Of a DNA stretch of 64,000 bases, positions 8,240-20,736 are shown piece after piece. The DNA comes from an uncultured Solirubrobacteraceae bacterium (GTDB taxonomy: Bacteria > Actinomycetota > Thermoleophilia > Solirubrobacterales > Solirubrobacteraceae): contig CAVXRF010000007.1 in the NCBI GenBank assembly GCA_963764185.1, positions 440,635 through 504,634 on the forward strand. The letters are read 5' to 3'. The translations under genes and the position numbers were made by a program. The notes under the pieces were generated by a model, which worked only from the letters and a program-made list of their open reading frames with translations, made no database searches and had not been told where the DNA came from. The stretch's first letter is position 1, and the number at the start of each line of letters is the position of its first letter.

Positions 8240-10407
8240 ATCAGCTCGAGCTCGGTCGCCAGCCGCGCTGGGGGCGAGGGCTCGACCCGCAACAGGCGCG
8301 CAGGCATCGGCGGAAGCCACCAGTTCCAGCGGCCGAACAGCGACACCACGGCCGGCACGAGCAGCGCGCGGATGAGCGTGGCGTCCAGGATGATTCCGGC
8401 CGCGAGGCCGGTCGCGAGCACTTTGATTTCCGTCTCCGGCCCGGAGGCGAGCGACACGAATGCCAGGAACAGGATCAGCGCCGCGCTCGTGACGAGGCGC
8501 CCGGTGCGTCCGATCCCGCGCACCACGGCGGTGTCGGTCGAGCCGGTCTCGTCGTACTCCTCGCGCATGCGAGCCAGGATGAACACCTCGTAGTCCATCG
8601 AGAGGCCGAACAGGAAGGCGAACACCATCAGCGGGATCCAGGCGGTGATCGAACCGGTTGCGGGGATGCCCCAGATCAGGTTCGAGCCGTGGCCCTGCTG
8701 CCACACGAGCTCGAGCACGCCCCACGCGGCGGCCACGCTGATCACGTTCAGCACCACCGCCTTCAGCGGCAACAGCAGCGAGCGGAACGCGCGCGCCAGC
8801 AGCACGAAGGTGATCACGGCGATCAGCGCGATCATCAGCGGGAAGTTGCCATACACCGCTTCGATGAAGTCCCTGTCCTGGGCCGGTCGACCCGCCGACG
8901 TGCACGTCCGGGCCGGCCGCGTGGGCCGCCGAGACCACGCTGGCGAGCGTCGCGCGACCGGCGTCTGTGGAGGCGTCGGCGGTCGGGTAGGCATCGAGCA
9001 CCGCGACGCCCGGACGCTGCCACTGCGCCGAGACGGGCGCCACCGCGCCGTGGACGCCGGGCACGGCGGCCAGCTCGGCGGCAACGCGCGTCGGGCGAGG
9101 AGGGGCCGTTCACGAGCACCTCATACGGCGCGAACACTCCGGAGCCGATGCCCGAGCTCTCGAGCGCGGCGAGGCCCTGCTTGGCATCGCCCTGCTTGGC
9201 GAGCGTGTTCACGTTCGAGATGCCGAGCTGCAGGTTGGTGGCGGCCAGCACGAGCGCAGCCAGCACTAGCGACGCGCCGAGCGCCGCAAACCAGCGCCTG
9301 CGCACGACGAGCTTCGCCCAGCGGGTCCACGAGCGGCTGGCCTTGTCGTCGTTGCGCATGTGCGGCCAGTCAAGGCGAGGGCCGAGCTTCGCCAGCACGA
9401 TCGGCAGCAGCGTCATCGCGACGAGCACGCTGATCAGCGGGATCAGCATGCCGCCGTAGCCGACCGAGCGCAGGAACGGAAGCGGCAGCGCGACGAGCGC
9501 GAGCAGCCCGATCGCGACGGTCGTGCCGCTGAACACCACGGCCCGGCCGGCCGTCTGCATCGCACGTTCGATGGCCGCGTCGCCGCTCAGCCCGTGGGCG
9601 CGCTCCTCGCGCCAGCGCACCACGATCAGCAGCGAGTAATCGATCGACACGCCGAGGCCGATCAGCGCGATCAGGAACTGCACGATCGGGCGAGACTTCG
9701 GTGATCGTGGTCAGGCCCCAGACCACCAGGAACGTCGTGAGGATCGAGACGACGGCCATCATGATCGGCACGATCGCGAGGAACGATCCGAACACGAAGG
9801 CGAGCACGAGCAGGGCTCCGAAACCGCCGAGCAGCGCCTCGACCAGCACGCCCGGGCCCGTTGCCGCCGCCGCTCTGCACGGACAGCGCATCAAAGCCGG
9901 TCAGATGAACGCGGTGCGCCGGCCACCGTCGTGCGCCGGCGAGTGCGGCGCTCGCTCGTTTCGCGGCCTTCGGGTTGTCTTCAAAGGGCTGGGCGCGGTC
10001 GGGCGGCGGGTAGGCGACGACGAAGGTCGTGTGCCGGTCGCTCGAGAGGAAGGCGGGGCTCCTGGTGCTCGCGTAGCCCGCCAGACGCGTGCCGGGCAGG
10101 GCGTTCTGCAGGCGCGATTCGACCGTCCGCAGATCCTGCTGTGCGGCGGGGCGAGTCGACCGATGCTCCGGCGGGCAGCGTCACCACGGCCAGCAGCGGG
10201 GAGGCGTTGCCACCGGTGCCGTGGAAGTCTGCGCTGGATCTGCTCGTTGGTGACCCAGCCTTCCTTGCCGGGCACCGAGAACTTCTGTTTGAGCGCTTTG
10301 GTGGCCGATCCGGCGGAGGCCATGCCGACGAGGGTCAGGACGACCCAGAAGATGACCACGATGCGCTTGTGCGCGAGAACCCAGCGGGTGAGCGGTGCCA
10401 TTCTCAT
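8240..10407 (-). CDS. MMPL family (RND) transporter, broken by several indels (likely sequencing errors)
   Basis: Fragments in different frames: IGLGVSIDYSLLIVVRWREE, TAGRAVVFSGTTVAIGL, FGLSMDYEVFILARMREEY, TGRLVTSAALI. Confidence 0.88.
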
Positions 10408-10505
10408 CGTCCTTTCCCTGGCCACTGTGAGTGGTTCGAAGGCGCAAATGGTTCCGTGCAGAACGATGTATATCAAAAGTCGTTCCGCTCCGTTATGATC
10501 CTGTC

Positions 10506-11015
10506 ATGGGGATCGAGGGTCGCGAGGAGACGGCGCCGTCACCCGAGACGACCGTTCCGTTCAGCGGCGTCGCCGTCACGCTGTCCTCCATTGGCTACGC
10601 CGTCGCCAAGCGCTTTCGCCGGACTCTCGCACCGCTCGAGCTCGAGCCACGCGAGTTCGCCCTGCTGCGGGCGGTCGGTGCGCTGGAGGGCCAGTCCCAG
10701 CAGGCTATCGGTGAGCGGCTGCAGATCCCGCCCAGCCGCATGGTCGCGTTCGTCGACGCGCTCGAGGAGCGATCACTGCTCGAACGCCGGCACAATCCCG
10801 ACGACCGGCGCACGCGGGAGCTGCATCTCACCGACGCCGGGCGCGACCTGCTCGGGCGTGCGTTTTCGCTCGCTGCCGGCTTCGAGTTCGATCTGATCTC
10901 AGGGCTTGACGACAGCGAGCGCGACCAGCTGCTCGGCCTGCTGCAGCGGGTCGGTGCGCAGCTCGGCCTGCCCGAAGGCCCGGCTGCGCACGCCGCCCTT
11001 GCCGAGGAGGAGTAG
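10506..11015 (+). CDS. MarR family transcriptional regulator (probably leaderless)
   Basis: LELEPREFALL...SQQAIGERL...LERRHNPDDRRTRELHLTDAG; TATGAT 6 nt before ATG. Confidence 0.93.
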   Translation: MGIEGREETAPSPETTVPFSGVAVTLSSIGYAVAKRFRRTLAPLELEPREFALLRAVGALEGQSQQAIGERLQIPPSRMVAFVDALEERSLLERRHNPDDRRTRELHLTDAGRDLLGRAFSLAAGFEFDLISGLDDSERDQLLGLLQRVGAQLGLPEGPAAHAALAEEE

Positions 11016-11019
11016 CCGC

Positions 11020-11403
11020 CTATTCCTTGCCCGTCGGCGGGTATTTCTTTGCGCAGGCTTCAGCCACGCCCTTGGCCCTGTTCGCTTCCTTGTCTTCGGC
11101 GTTGTCCTTCTTGTATTCAGCGGGCGAGAAGGTCGCCTCGACGCCCTTTATGAGACACGACTTGAACGCCGCTGAGAGGCCCTCTCCCTGGCTTTCCTTC
11201 GTCAGGGCGTCTTCAGCTTCCTTCGTCTCCGACTGAGTCCATTCGGAGGCGTGGCCCGCCGTTGATCCGCCGGACGTCTGGGTTCCAGACGATGCCCCGG
11301 TCGTCTGGCTGGGCGTTGACCCTTCGGACGTGCTGCTGTTCGACGATCCACAACCAGCCACGGTGAGTGCGATGAGTCCCGCGACGATCCACTCTTTTCT
11401 CAC
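11020..11403 (-). CDS. Putative lipoprotein with Ser/Thr-rich linker
   Basis: MRKEWIVAGLIALTVAG-C-GSS lipobox; S/T-rich linker; two Cys in C-terminal domain. Confidence 0.75.
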   Translation of the reverse strand: MRKEWIVAGLIALTVAGCGSSNSSTSEGSTPSQTTGASSGTQTSGGSTAGHASEWTQSETKEAEDALTKESQGEGLSAAFKSCLIKGVEATFSPAEYKKDNAEDKEANRAKGVAEACAKKYPPTGKE

Positions 11404-11489
11404 ATGTCCCCCCGGTCGGTGCTGTTACGCGATTGGTCGGCAACTTACCGAACGCGCACACATTGGGACCGGCCGGGGGGTCGCGCGGC

Positions 11490-12439
11490 TCAGGCGGCAG
11501 CAGTGTGCACCTCGGCGAAATAGTGCCCTTCGTCGAGGTCGGCGATCAGCCCGGGCTGGGTTGGCTGCCAGCCGAGCAGCTCGCGCGTCAGCGCGCTGGA
11601 GGCCGGGCGTCGAGCGCGACGAAGCCCGCCAGCCAGGCGAAGTGCTCGCCCGCGTCCTCGGGGGCGACGGAGACGACCGGGATGTCGAGATGCCGTCCGA
11701 TGACCTCGGCGATGTCGCGGAACGGAACGCCCTCCTCGGCGACCGCGTGCAGCGTCGATCCCGCCGGGGCCTGTTCCAGTCGCGAGACGGAACAGGCGCG
11801 CCGAATCGAGCCGATGCACGGCGGGCCAGCGGTTGGTGCCGTCGCCGACGTAGCCGGAGACGCCCTTCTCGCGGGCGATGCCGACCAGGGTCGCCATGAA
11901 GCCGTTGTCGCCGTCGCCGTGGTTCGTCGGAGGAAGCCGCACGACCGAGGAGCGGACGCCCCGGGAGGCGAGGGAGAGCGCGAACTCGGCGGTTTCCCAG
12001 CGGGCCTGCGGACCGCCGCCGAAGGCGGCCGACGGCCGCGTCGGGGACCATGCCCGTCCTGCTCGGTCGCCACATGCCCGGGTGCGAGCCCGAGCAGGCC
12101 GGAGGCGATCAGCGAGCGGCCGATCAGAGCCCGCGAGCGCCTCGCCGAATGCCTCGACGGCGCGGCGATCCGCGTCGGCGGCGCCCTGGAAGTCTCCGCG
12201 AGAACGCGAGGTCGTGCTTGAACGCGAGGTGGATCACGCCGTCTGAGGCGTCGGCCGCCGCTGCGCAGGATGTCGAGATCATCGAGCGTGCCGCGGTGCA
12301 CCTCTGCTCCGGCCGCGGTGAGGGCATCGGCCGAGGCATCCGAGCGAGCGAGCCCGACGACCTGATGGCCCGCGCCGATCAGCTCGGGGACGACGGCCGA
12401 GCCGATCCAGCCCGATGCACCGGTGACGAATACGCGCAT
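11490..12439 (-). CDS. SDR family NAD-dependent epimerase/oxidoreductase (indel-broken)
   Basis: MRVFVTGASGWIGSAVVPELIGAGH; RLPPTNHG, GDGTNRWPAVHRLD, TRELLGWQP across frames. Confidence 0.88.
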
Positions 12440-12495
12440 GAGAAAACCTCCAGGTGGTTGGCCGTCCTGAGCGCAGATCCTCTGCTCACAGGGCG

Positions 12496-12547
12496 TGATG
12501 TCAGTTGCTGTCATCAGCGTAGCACGCGATGTCAGTCGCTGTCGTCA
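12496..12547. promoter_or_regulatory. Two TetR operator-like palindromes between divergent SDR and tetR
   Basis: TGATGTCAGTTGCTGTCATCA (12496-12516) and CGATGTCAGTCGCTGTCGTCA (12527-12547). Confidence 0.75.
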
Positions 12548-12563
12548 GGTAGAATCGGAGGAC

Positions 12564-13131
12564 ATGGGCCGATGGGAGCCAGACGCACGCGGCCGCCTTC
12601 TGAAGGCGGCGATCGAGCTCTACGGCGAGCGCGGGTTCGAGCAGACCACGGTCGCGGAGATCGCAGCGCGAGCAGGACTCACCGAGCGAACGTTCTTCCG
12701 GCACTTCGCCGACAAGCGCGAGGTTCTGTTCGCGGGCGCCGGCGCACTGCAGGACCTGCTCGTCAGCACCGTTGCCAAGGCGCCCGACGGCCTTGCGCCG
12801 ATCGAGGCGGCGGCAGCTGGTATCGAAGCCGCCGGCGCCGCCATCCAGGAGGGAGGAGAGCTCCCGCGACAGCGCCAGGCGATCATCGCCGCGAGCGCAG
12901 AGCTCCAGGAGCGCGAGCTGATCAAGCTCGCGTCACTCGCCTCGGCGCTCGCCGACGCATTGCGCGGGCGCGGTGTCACAGAGCCCGCCGCGAGCCTCGC
13001 CGCCGAGGCGGGCATCGCCGTCTTCAGAATCGCCTTCGAACGCTGGATCGACGCGACCGAGCGAGCAGGATCTGCCGGAAGTCATGCGGGAGTCTCTGGA
13101 TGAGCTGAGGGCCGTGACCGCGGACCGATGA
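12564..13131 (+). CDS. TetR family transcriptional regulator (one indel near 3' end)
   Basis: MGRWEPDARGRL...TTVAEIAARAGLTERTFFRHFADKREVLF; C-terminus continues in another frame to TGA at 13131. Confidence 0.92.
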
Positions 13132-13386
13132 TCAGCGGGCGAGCGCGAGGCTCGCCCGCACCGTCACCAGCTGGACTATCGCCGGCGGGCATCGGCTGTG
13201 CTGCGCGCGATGGCTCCGGTTGACTGAGCCGTCTGATAGGAGTTCTCGTGGGTCGGGGCGATCCAATCTTCGGGCCAAGCCAGGGGGTGAAGGATTCGCA
13301 CGTCGGCCACATTCGAACAGCCTTGTCGGGCGGTTGCGGTCCATTCCGTTCGCAAGCGTCGACTGGCTTGGAGGCTCGTCTGGGCC

Positions 13387-15516
13387 TTGGTGGTGGTGCT
13401 TGGCTCGTCGGTATCGGTTGCCGGTCCGGCGTTCGCGAGGTCCGGCTCGGCTCGTCTGGAGGTCGTCGTCGCCGGCCTGCCCCCGAACGCGTCCGCAAGC
13501 GTCCGCGTCCGGGGACCCCAAGGCTTCACGCGACAGCTGCGCGGATCCAAGGAATTCTCCGGGGTCACCGCGGGCGTCTACCACGTCCAAGTCTCACCGG
13601 TCGTCTTGGTCCACGGGTATCGATCCGTGTCCGCCTGCAGCGAGGCATTCCCATCGCTGTCGCACCTGACGGTGCTGGTGCAGCGGGGGGGAACCGGCGT
13701 GGCGCATGTCAGCTACGGCACGATCCGAAGCGCCGCGGCCGTCCCCCTCCGCACTACGCCATCGGCCGCATCGTTGGGCCGAGGTTCGGCCGAGGACCGG
13801 GCCGCGACCTCGCCGGAGCTGTCGTCGGGAGCCCCCCTGGCATGGGGCGACAACAACCGCGGACAGCTGGGCGACGGCACCATGATCAGCAGTGACGTGC
13901 CCGTGTCGGCGGGTGAACTCGGCGGCATGACAGCCGCCTCGGGCGGTGACGCCTTCAGCATGGCGTTGCTGAGCAACGGGACCGTAGTGGCCTGGGGCGA
14001 CAACGATGCTGGAGAACTCGGCGACGGCACCACCACCAGCAGTGACGTGCCGGTCGCGGTGAGCGGATTGACGGGAGTTACGGCCATCTCAGCCGGCAGT
14101 GACCACGCCCTTGCGCTACTGGGGAACGGTACCGTCGTGGCCTGGGGCTACAACGCGCTCGGACAGCTCGGTAACGGCACCACGACCAGCAGCGACGTTC
14201 CGCTGCCGGTCAGCGGACTGAGCGGGGTCATAGCCGTCTCAGCCGGAAATAACTACAGCTCGGCCCTGTTGAGCAACGGAACGGTCATGGTCTGGGGGGA
14301 TAACGAATCCGGGGTGTTCGGCAACGGCACCACGACCAGCAGCGACGTTCCGGTGGCCGTGCCAGGCTTGAGTGAAGTCAAGGCCTTCGCGGCCGGCTAC
14401 AGCACCAGCACCGCCCTGCTGGACGACGGCACGGTCATGGATTGGGGCGACAACGGGCAGGGCCAGCTGGGAAACGGCAACACCACCAGCAGCAACGTGC
14501 CGGTTGCGGTCACGGGGCTGAGCGGGGTGACAGCTGTGGCACGAGGCACCGCCCTCCTGGGCAACGGCACGGTCATGGACTGGGGCGTCGGCGAGTCCGG
14601 CCAGCTGGGCGACGACAGCACTGAAAGCAGCGACGTGCCGGTGGCGGTCAGCGGGCTCAGCGGGGTCACGGCGATCGCTTCCGGCTTGGAACATCGCTTG
14701 GCCCTGCTCAGCAACGGAACCGTTATGGCGTGGGGCGCCAACGACACGGGGCAGTTGGGCGATGGCAACAGAACCGACTCGACCGTACCGGTGACGGTCT
14801 CCGGATTGACCGGGGCGATAGCCGTTGCAGCCGGCCGTTACCACAGCCTGGCGGTCGGGCCCCCGCGTACGCGTTACTGGTACAGAAGCGGGGTCGAGCT
14901 TCAGCAGAGCCTGAGGCTGCCGGTCATCTCCTGGGGTGGCGCTGAAGACGTCGCCCAGACCAGCGGCTCGGGGCAGATCAGCTGCAGGACGGTAGGAGCA
15001 GGCACGATCGAAAACCCGGTCGGTGGCGGTCCCGGCGTGGGCCAGACGCAGGCGTCCGGCTTCTTTGAATGCTCAGCGCCGCAATGCGAAGCGGCGGGCG
15101 CCGAAAAAGGGATCCCCGCGATCGGGCGGATCACCTCTTCGAACTTCCCCTGGAAGGACGAACTGACCGAAGGAGGCTCCCCGAACTCGATCAGGGAGAA
15201 GATCGGTGTGCCCTTCAGCATGTTCGGCTCACCAGAACCGGGGGAGATGGTCCGCACGGTCAGCTGCGAAACCCCGCCGGGCTATGAACCGAGCATCGTG
15301 CTATTCAGCGAAACGCTCGAGGGACAGCTCGAACCGGAAATCGGTGCCGCCGCGGCTGGAACCCTGAACGGCACCTCCGCCTCGAAACCGGCCGGGATCC
15401 GCTATGCGGGGTCCTCGAGCGGCGCGCTCCACGCCCAGCTCGGCGGAGAAGCCACGAGCTCAGGTATGGTCAAGTACATGGGCTACAACGGGCAGGAAAT
15501 CCTCACCGTCAAATAG
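13387..15516 (+). CDS. Secreted RCC1/BLIP-II repeat beta-propeller protein with extra N- and C-terminal domains
   Basis: About 7 repeats of WGxNxxGQLGxGTTTSSDVPVAVSGL; signal-peptide-like N-terminus ending AGPAFA. Confidence 0.88.
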   Translation: MVVVLGSSVSVAGPAFARSGSARLEVVVAGLPPNASASVRVRGPQGFTRQLRGSKEFSGVTAGVYHVQVSPVVLVHGYRSVSACSEAFPSLSHLTVLVQRGGTGVAHVSYGTIRSAAAVPLRTTPSAASLGRGSAEDRAATSPELSSGAPLAWGDNNRGQLGDGTMISSDVPVSAGELGGMTAASGGDAFSMALLSNGTVVAWGDNDAGELGDGTTTSSDVPVAVSGLTGVTAISAGSDHALALLGNGTVVAWGYNALGQLGNGTTTSSDVPLPVSGLSGVIAVSAGNNYSSALLSNGTVMVWGDNESGVFGNGTTTSSDVPVAVPGLSEVKAFAAGYSTSTALLDDGTVMDWGDNGQGQLGNGNTTSSNVPVAVTGLSGVTAVARGTALLGNGTVMDWGVGESGQLGDDSTESSDVPVAVSGLSGVTAIASGLEHRLALLSNGTVMAWGANDTGQLGDGNRTDSTVPVTVSGLTGAIAVAAGRYHSLAVGPPRTRYWYRSGVELQQSLRLPVISWGGAEDVAQTSGSGQISCRTVGAGTIENPVGGGPGVGQTQASGFFECSAPQCEAAGAEKGIPAIGRITSSNFPWKDELTEGGSPNSIREKIGVPFSMFGSPEPGEMVRTVSCETPPGYEPSIVLFSETLEGQLEPEIGAAAAGTLNGTSASKPAGIRYAGSSSGALHAQLGGEATSSGMVKYMGYNGQEILTVK

Positions 15517-15554
15517 ACCCCCGGCGTCAGATGACATTGACCGACGCAGGGCAG

Positions 15555-15571
15555 GGCATGGCGGGGGCAGG
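15555..15571. repeat. 17-bp direct repeat of the tRNA-Tyr 3' end (att-like site)
   Basis: GGCATGGCGGGGGCAGG at 15555-15571 is identical to 16425-16441. Confidence 0.75.
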
Positions 15572-15711
15572 TTCCATTCGGGCGCAACCGTGCGTGTTTG
15601 CGGGTCCGATCACGACTCCTGCTCCCGAATTGCTCCCGAACAGATCGGCGTCGAGCCGGTCTGTGGCCCGTTGCGCTTGTGGGGACCTTCCGGTCTCGGG
15701 CAGAGCGATCG

Positions 15712-16284
15712 CTACCGCCGGCTAGGCAGGTCGAGCGTAGCGGGGTCGAGTGATGCCGCGCGCAGCGCATCGTCCCAGTGATTGAAGTCACGCTCGCGGG
15801 TGACGAGCCCACGTTCGAGGGTCAGCAGCTGGGCGATCTCGAGATCCAGTTCGATACCGCTCGCCGGACCGTGCACTCGGGTCCTCCCGAGCACGATAAG
15901 AGACCTGGCGAGGTCGACCACGAGCACCGGGGCAAGCTCTTGGCGATCCCATACATCCAGTAGCTCCACCAATACGTTGGCCATCTCTGCTCGCCCCCGC
16001 GCCGCGCCGGGCACCCCGAGCGCCTGGAATCCGGCGTCCGCGTCGTACAGGACATCGGGCGCGTAGCGCAGAAGCATCAACTCGAAATCGCGGCGTTGCG
16101 CTGCCGCCCAGCCGGACGCGACAGCGCGACGCACGAACCACCTTCGCAGTCGCATGTCGGGCCGGAGGAACCGAAGGACCAGTCCCGCCCATGCCCGATA
16201 CATGCCTGGGAAACGGACCATCATCTGCTCATCGAGGCTGCGATGGCCTCGCGCGGTGCTCCCGACCGCGATCGAGGTGAGCAC
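15712..16284 (-). CDS. SnoaL-like / NTF2 family protein (start uncertain)
   Basis: GWAAAQRRDFELMLLRYAPDV...GLVTRERDFNHWDDALRA; the ORF-track 5' extension into the tRNA is not credible. Confidence 0.75.
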   Translation of the reverse strand: MLTSIAVGSTARGHRSLDEQMMVRFPGMYRAWAGLVLRFLRPDMRLRRWFVRRAVASGWAAAQRRDFELMLLRYAPDVLYDADAGFQALGVPGAARGRAEMANVLVELLDVWDRQELAPVLVVDLARSLIVLGRTRVHGPASGIELDLEIAQLLTLERGLVTRERDFNHWDDALRAASLDPATLDLPSRR

Positions 16285-16428
16285 CGGCGTATTCCGTACA
16301 CCTGCCTCGGCACGATCGGATCTCCTGATCCCCGTTTCGTGCCCGCCACGGCTCGGCGCCATCACGCAAGCGTAGCCCCCAAATCGCGCCTCGGGCCGCT
16401 CCCGGTGGGGGGCGACCGTCGACCGGCA

Positions 16429-16510
16429 TGGCGGGGGCAGGATTCGAACCTGCGAAGGCAGAGCCAACGCGTTTACAGCGCGTCCCCTTTGACCGCTCGG
16501 GAACCCCGCC
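16429..16510 (-). tRNA. tRNA-Tyr(GTA)
   Basis: Reverse complement GGCGGGGTTCCCGAGCGGTCAAAGGGG-ACGCGCTGTAAACGCGT-TGGCTCTGCC-TTCGCAGGTTCGAATCCTGCCCCCGCCA; long variable arm, anticodon GTA. Confidence 0.97.
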
Positions 16511-16538
16511 GGGGGCGCGTCAGTCTAGGCGTCGGGAG

Positions 16539-17782
<1,244 letters not shown>

Positions 17783-17985
17783 CTCGCACTCCCAAGGACC
17801 ATCTCGACTCCCCTCGCAGCGGTCGATCCGCTCCGACGCTCCCCGCCCTACGCTAAGCCTCCTGTGCGCGCTGATTCGCTTGATCGAGTTGGCAGTGCGC
17901 GAGTGATACCAGAATCGCGGTCGCGGTATCGCGCGCCGGCGGACGCCTCGACGGCGCCGCGAGCCGCGCGCTAGGCTTGGCCACG

Positions 17986-19022
17986 GTGCAGGCGACACGG
18001 CCGACCCCACGCTCTCACCGACGCTGGGCGCCGGCGACGATGTCCAGGCGCGCTCGCCGAGCGTCGCCGGTCGGGCTCTCGCGCGTCGGCGTGACGGGCG
18101 TCGAGAAGGTCGTCCGGATCCGCGACGAGCTGTTCTTCGCGCGCCTCGACTGCTTCGTCGATCTCGAGCCGCGACCAGAAGGGCGCGCACATGTCGCGCT
18201 TCGAGGAGGTCGTCAACGAGGCGATCGGCGAGGTCGTCCTGAGCGAGTCGCCGTTCCGCGCCGAGACGCTCGCCCAGCACATCGCCGAGCTCGTCCGCGA
18301 GCGCCAGGGCGCCGAGCGCGCCGAGGTGACGATCGCGGCGCGCTACCCCGAGCACAAGCCGGCGCCGGTGTCGGGCGTGCAGACGCAGGAGATCTACACG
18401 CTGCACGGGCGGGCGGTGGCCTTCGAGCACGGCACGCGGCGCATGGTCGGCGTCTCGGCGACCGGCATGACCGCCTGCCCGTGCGCCCAGGAGCTGGTCG
18501 CCGCGCGCGCGCGCGAGCGCCTGCCGGCGAGGACTTCTCGCGCGGAGCAGATCGAGCGCGATCCTCGAGCAGCGTGCCCGGTCGCCACCCACAACCAGCG
18601 CGGGCTCGCCACGCTGCAGATCGGCTGCATCGAGGACTGCGACCGCCGAGATCGACGCCGCGACGCTGCTGGCGATCGCCGAGGCGAGCATGTCCTCGGA
18701 GATCTACGAGCTGATGAAGCGCTCCGACGAGGTCGAGGTCGTGGAAAAGGCCCACCGCCGTCCGCGCTTCGTCGAGGACTGCGTGCGCGAGATGATCGCC
18801 GGCGTGGTCGCCGGCTTCCGGCGAGCTCGACGGCGCGAGCTTCGTCTCGGCCCGCCAGGAGAACCTCGAGACGATCCACCAGCACAACGTCGTCGCCGAG
18901 CGCCACGGCCTGCTCTCGGAGCTGCGCGCGGAGATCGACTCGGGCACGCCCGTGCGCCCATCAGACGAGCCTCGAGGAGTGGCTCGACGCCGGCGCACCG
19001 GGCGCGGCGCGCCGGCGGCCTG
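17986..19022 (+). CDS. GTP cyclohydrolase FolE2/MptA family (COG1469), indel-broken; end approximate
   Basis: [41 protein letters not shown]...[22 protein letters not shown] across frames. Confidence 0.88.
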
Positions 19023-19579
19023 CAGCCGCGCGTGGCGCGCTCGCGCCTGCTGCATGCGCCGGCGCAGGCCGAAGAAGTAGTCCAGGCCCGAGAGCGACGG
19101 TGACGACGACCGTCGCGTAGAGCAGCGCCGACACCCACAGCGGTTGGCCGTGCACGGCGATGACGACGAGGATCGTGGCGATCTGCAGGCAGGTCTTGAC
19201 CTTGCCGAACATGCTCGCGGCGATCACCACGCCCGGCCTGGCGTGGCCCCCATGCGCAGCACCGTGACGGCGAGCTCGCGGGTGATGATCACCATCGCCA
19301 CCCACGCCGCCAGGCGGTGCAGCGAGACGAGCGAGATCAGCGCGGCGACGATCAGCAGCTTGTCGGCGAGCGGGTCCATCAGCTTGCCGAACGTTGTGAT
19401 CGAGTCGCGCGCGCGCGCGCGAGGTAGCCGTCGACGAAGTCCGTCAGCGAGGCCAGCGCGAACACGATCGCCGCGAGCACGTCGCCGTCGGGGGTGTTGC
19501 CGAGCAGCGCGACGACCAGCACCGGCACGAGCATGATCCGCAGGACCGTCAGGACGTTGGGCAGGTTGAGCGGGAACAC
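19020..19579 (-). CDS. pgsA: CDP-diacylglycerol--glycerol-3-phosphate 3-phosphatidyltransferase (indel-broken; end approximate)
   Basis: [41 protein letters not shown]. Confidence 0.9.
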
Positions 19580-19686
19580 GGCGCGGACATTATGTCGCGA
19601 TTCCGCCGCCATTGCTGCGGTGCCGGTATACCGAGCCCGACGCGCCGGACTGATCCAGCCGAGCCACATCACCGGAGAGGAGCGCC

Positions 19687-20736
<1,050 letters not shown>

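Noticed and set aside
13840-14860. ~150-bp periodic repeats as a CRISPR array or non-coding repeat
   Set aside because: They are degenerate in-frame RCC1 protein repeats; there are no unique spacers and no cas genes.
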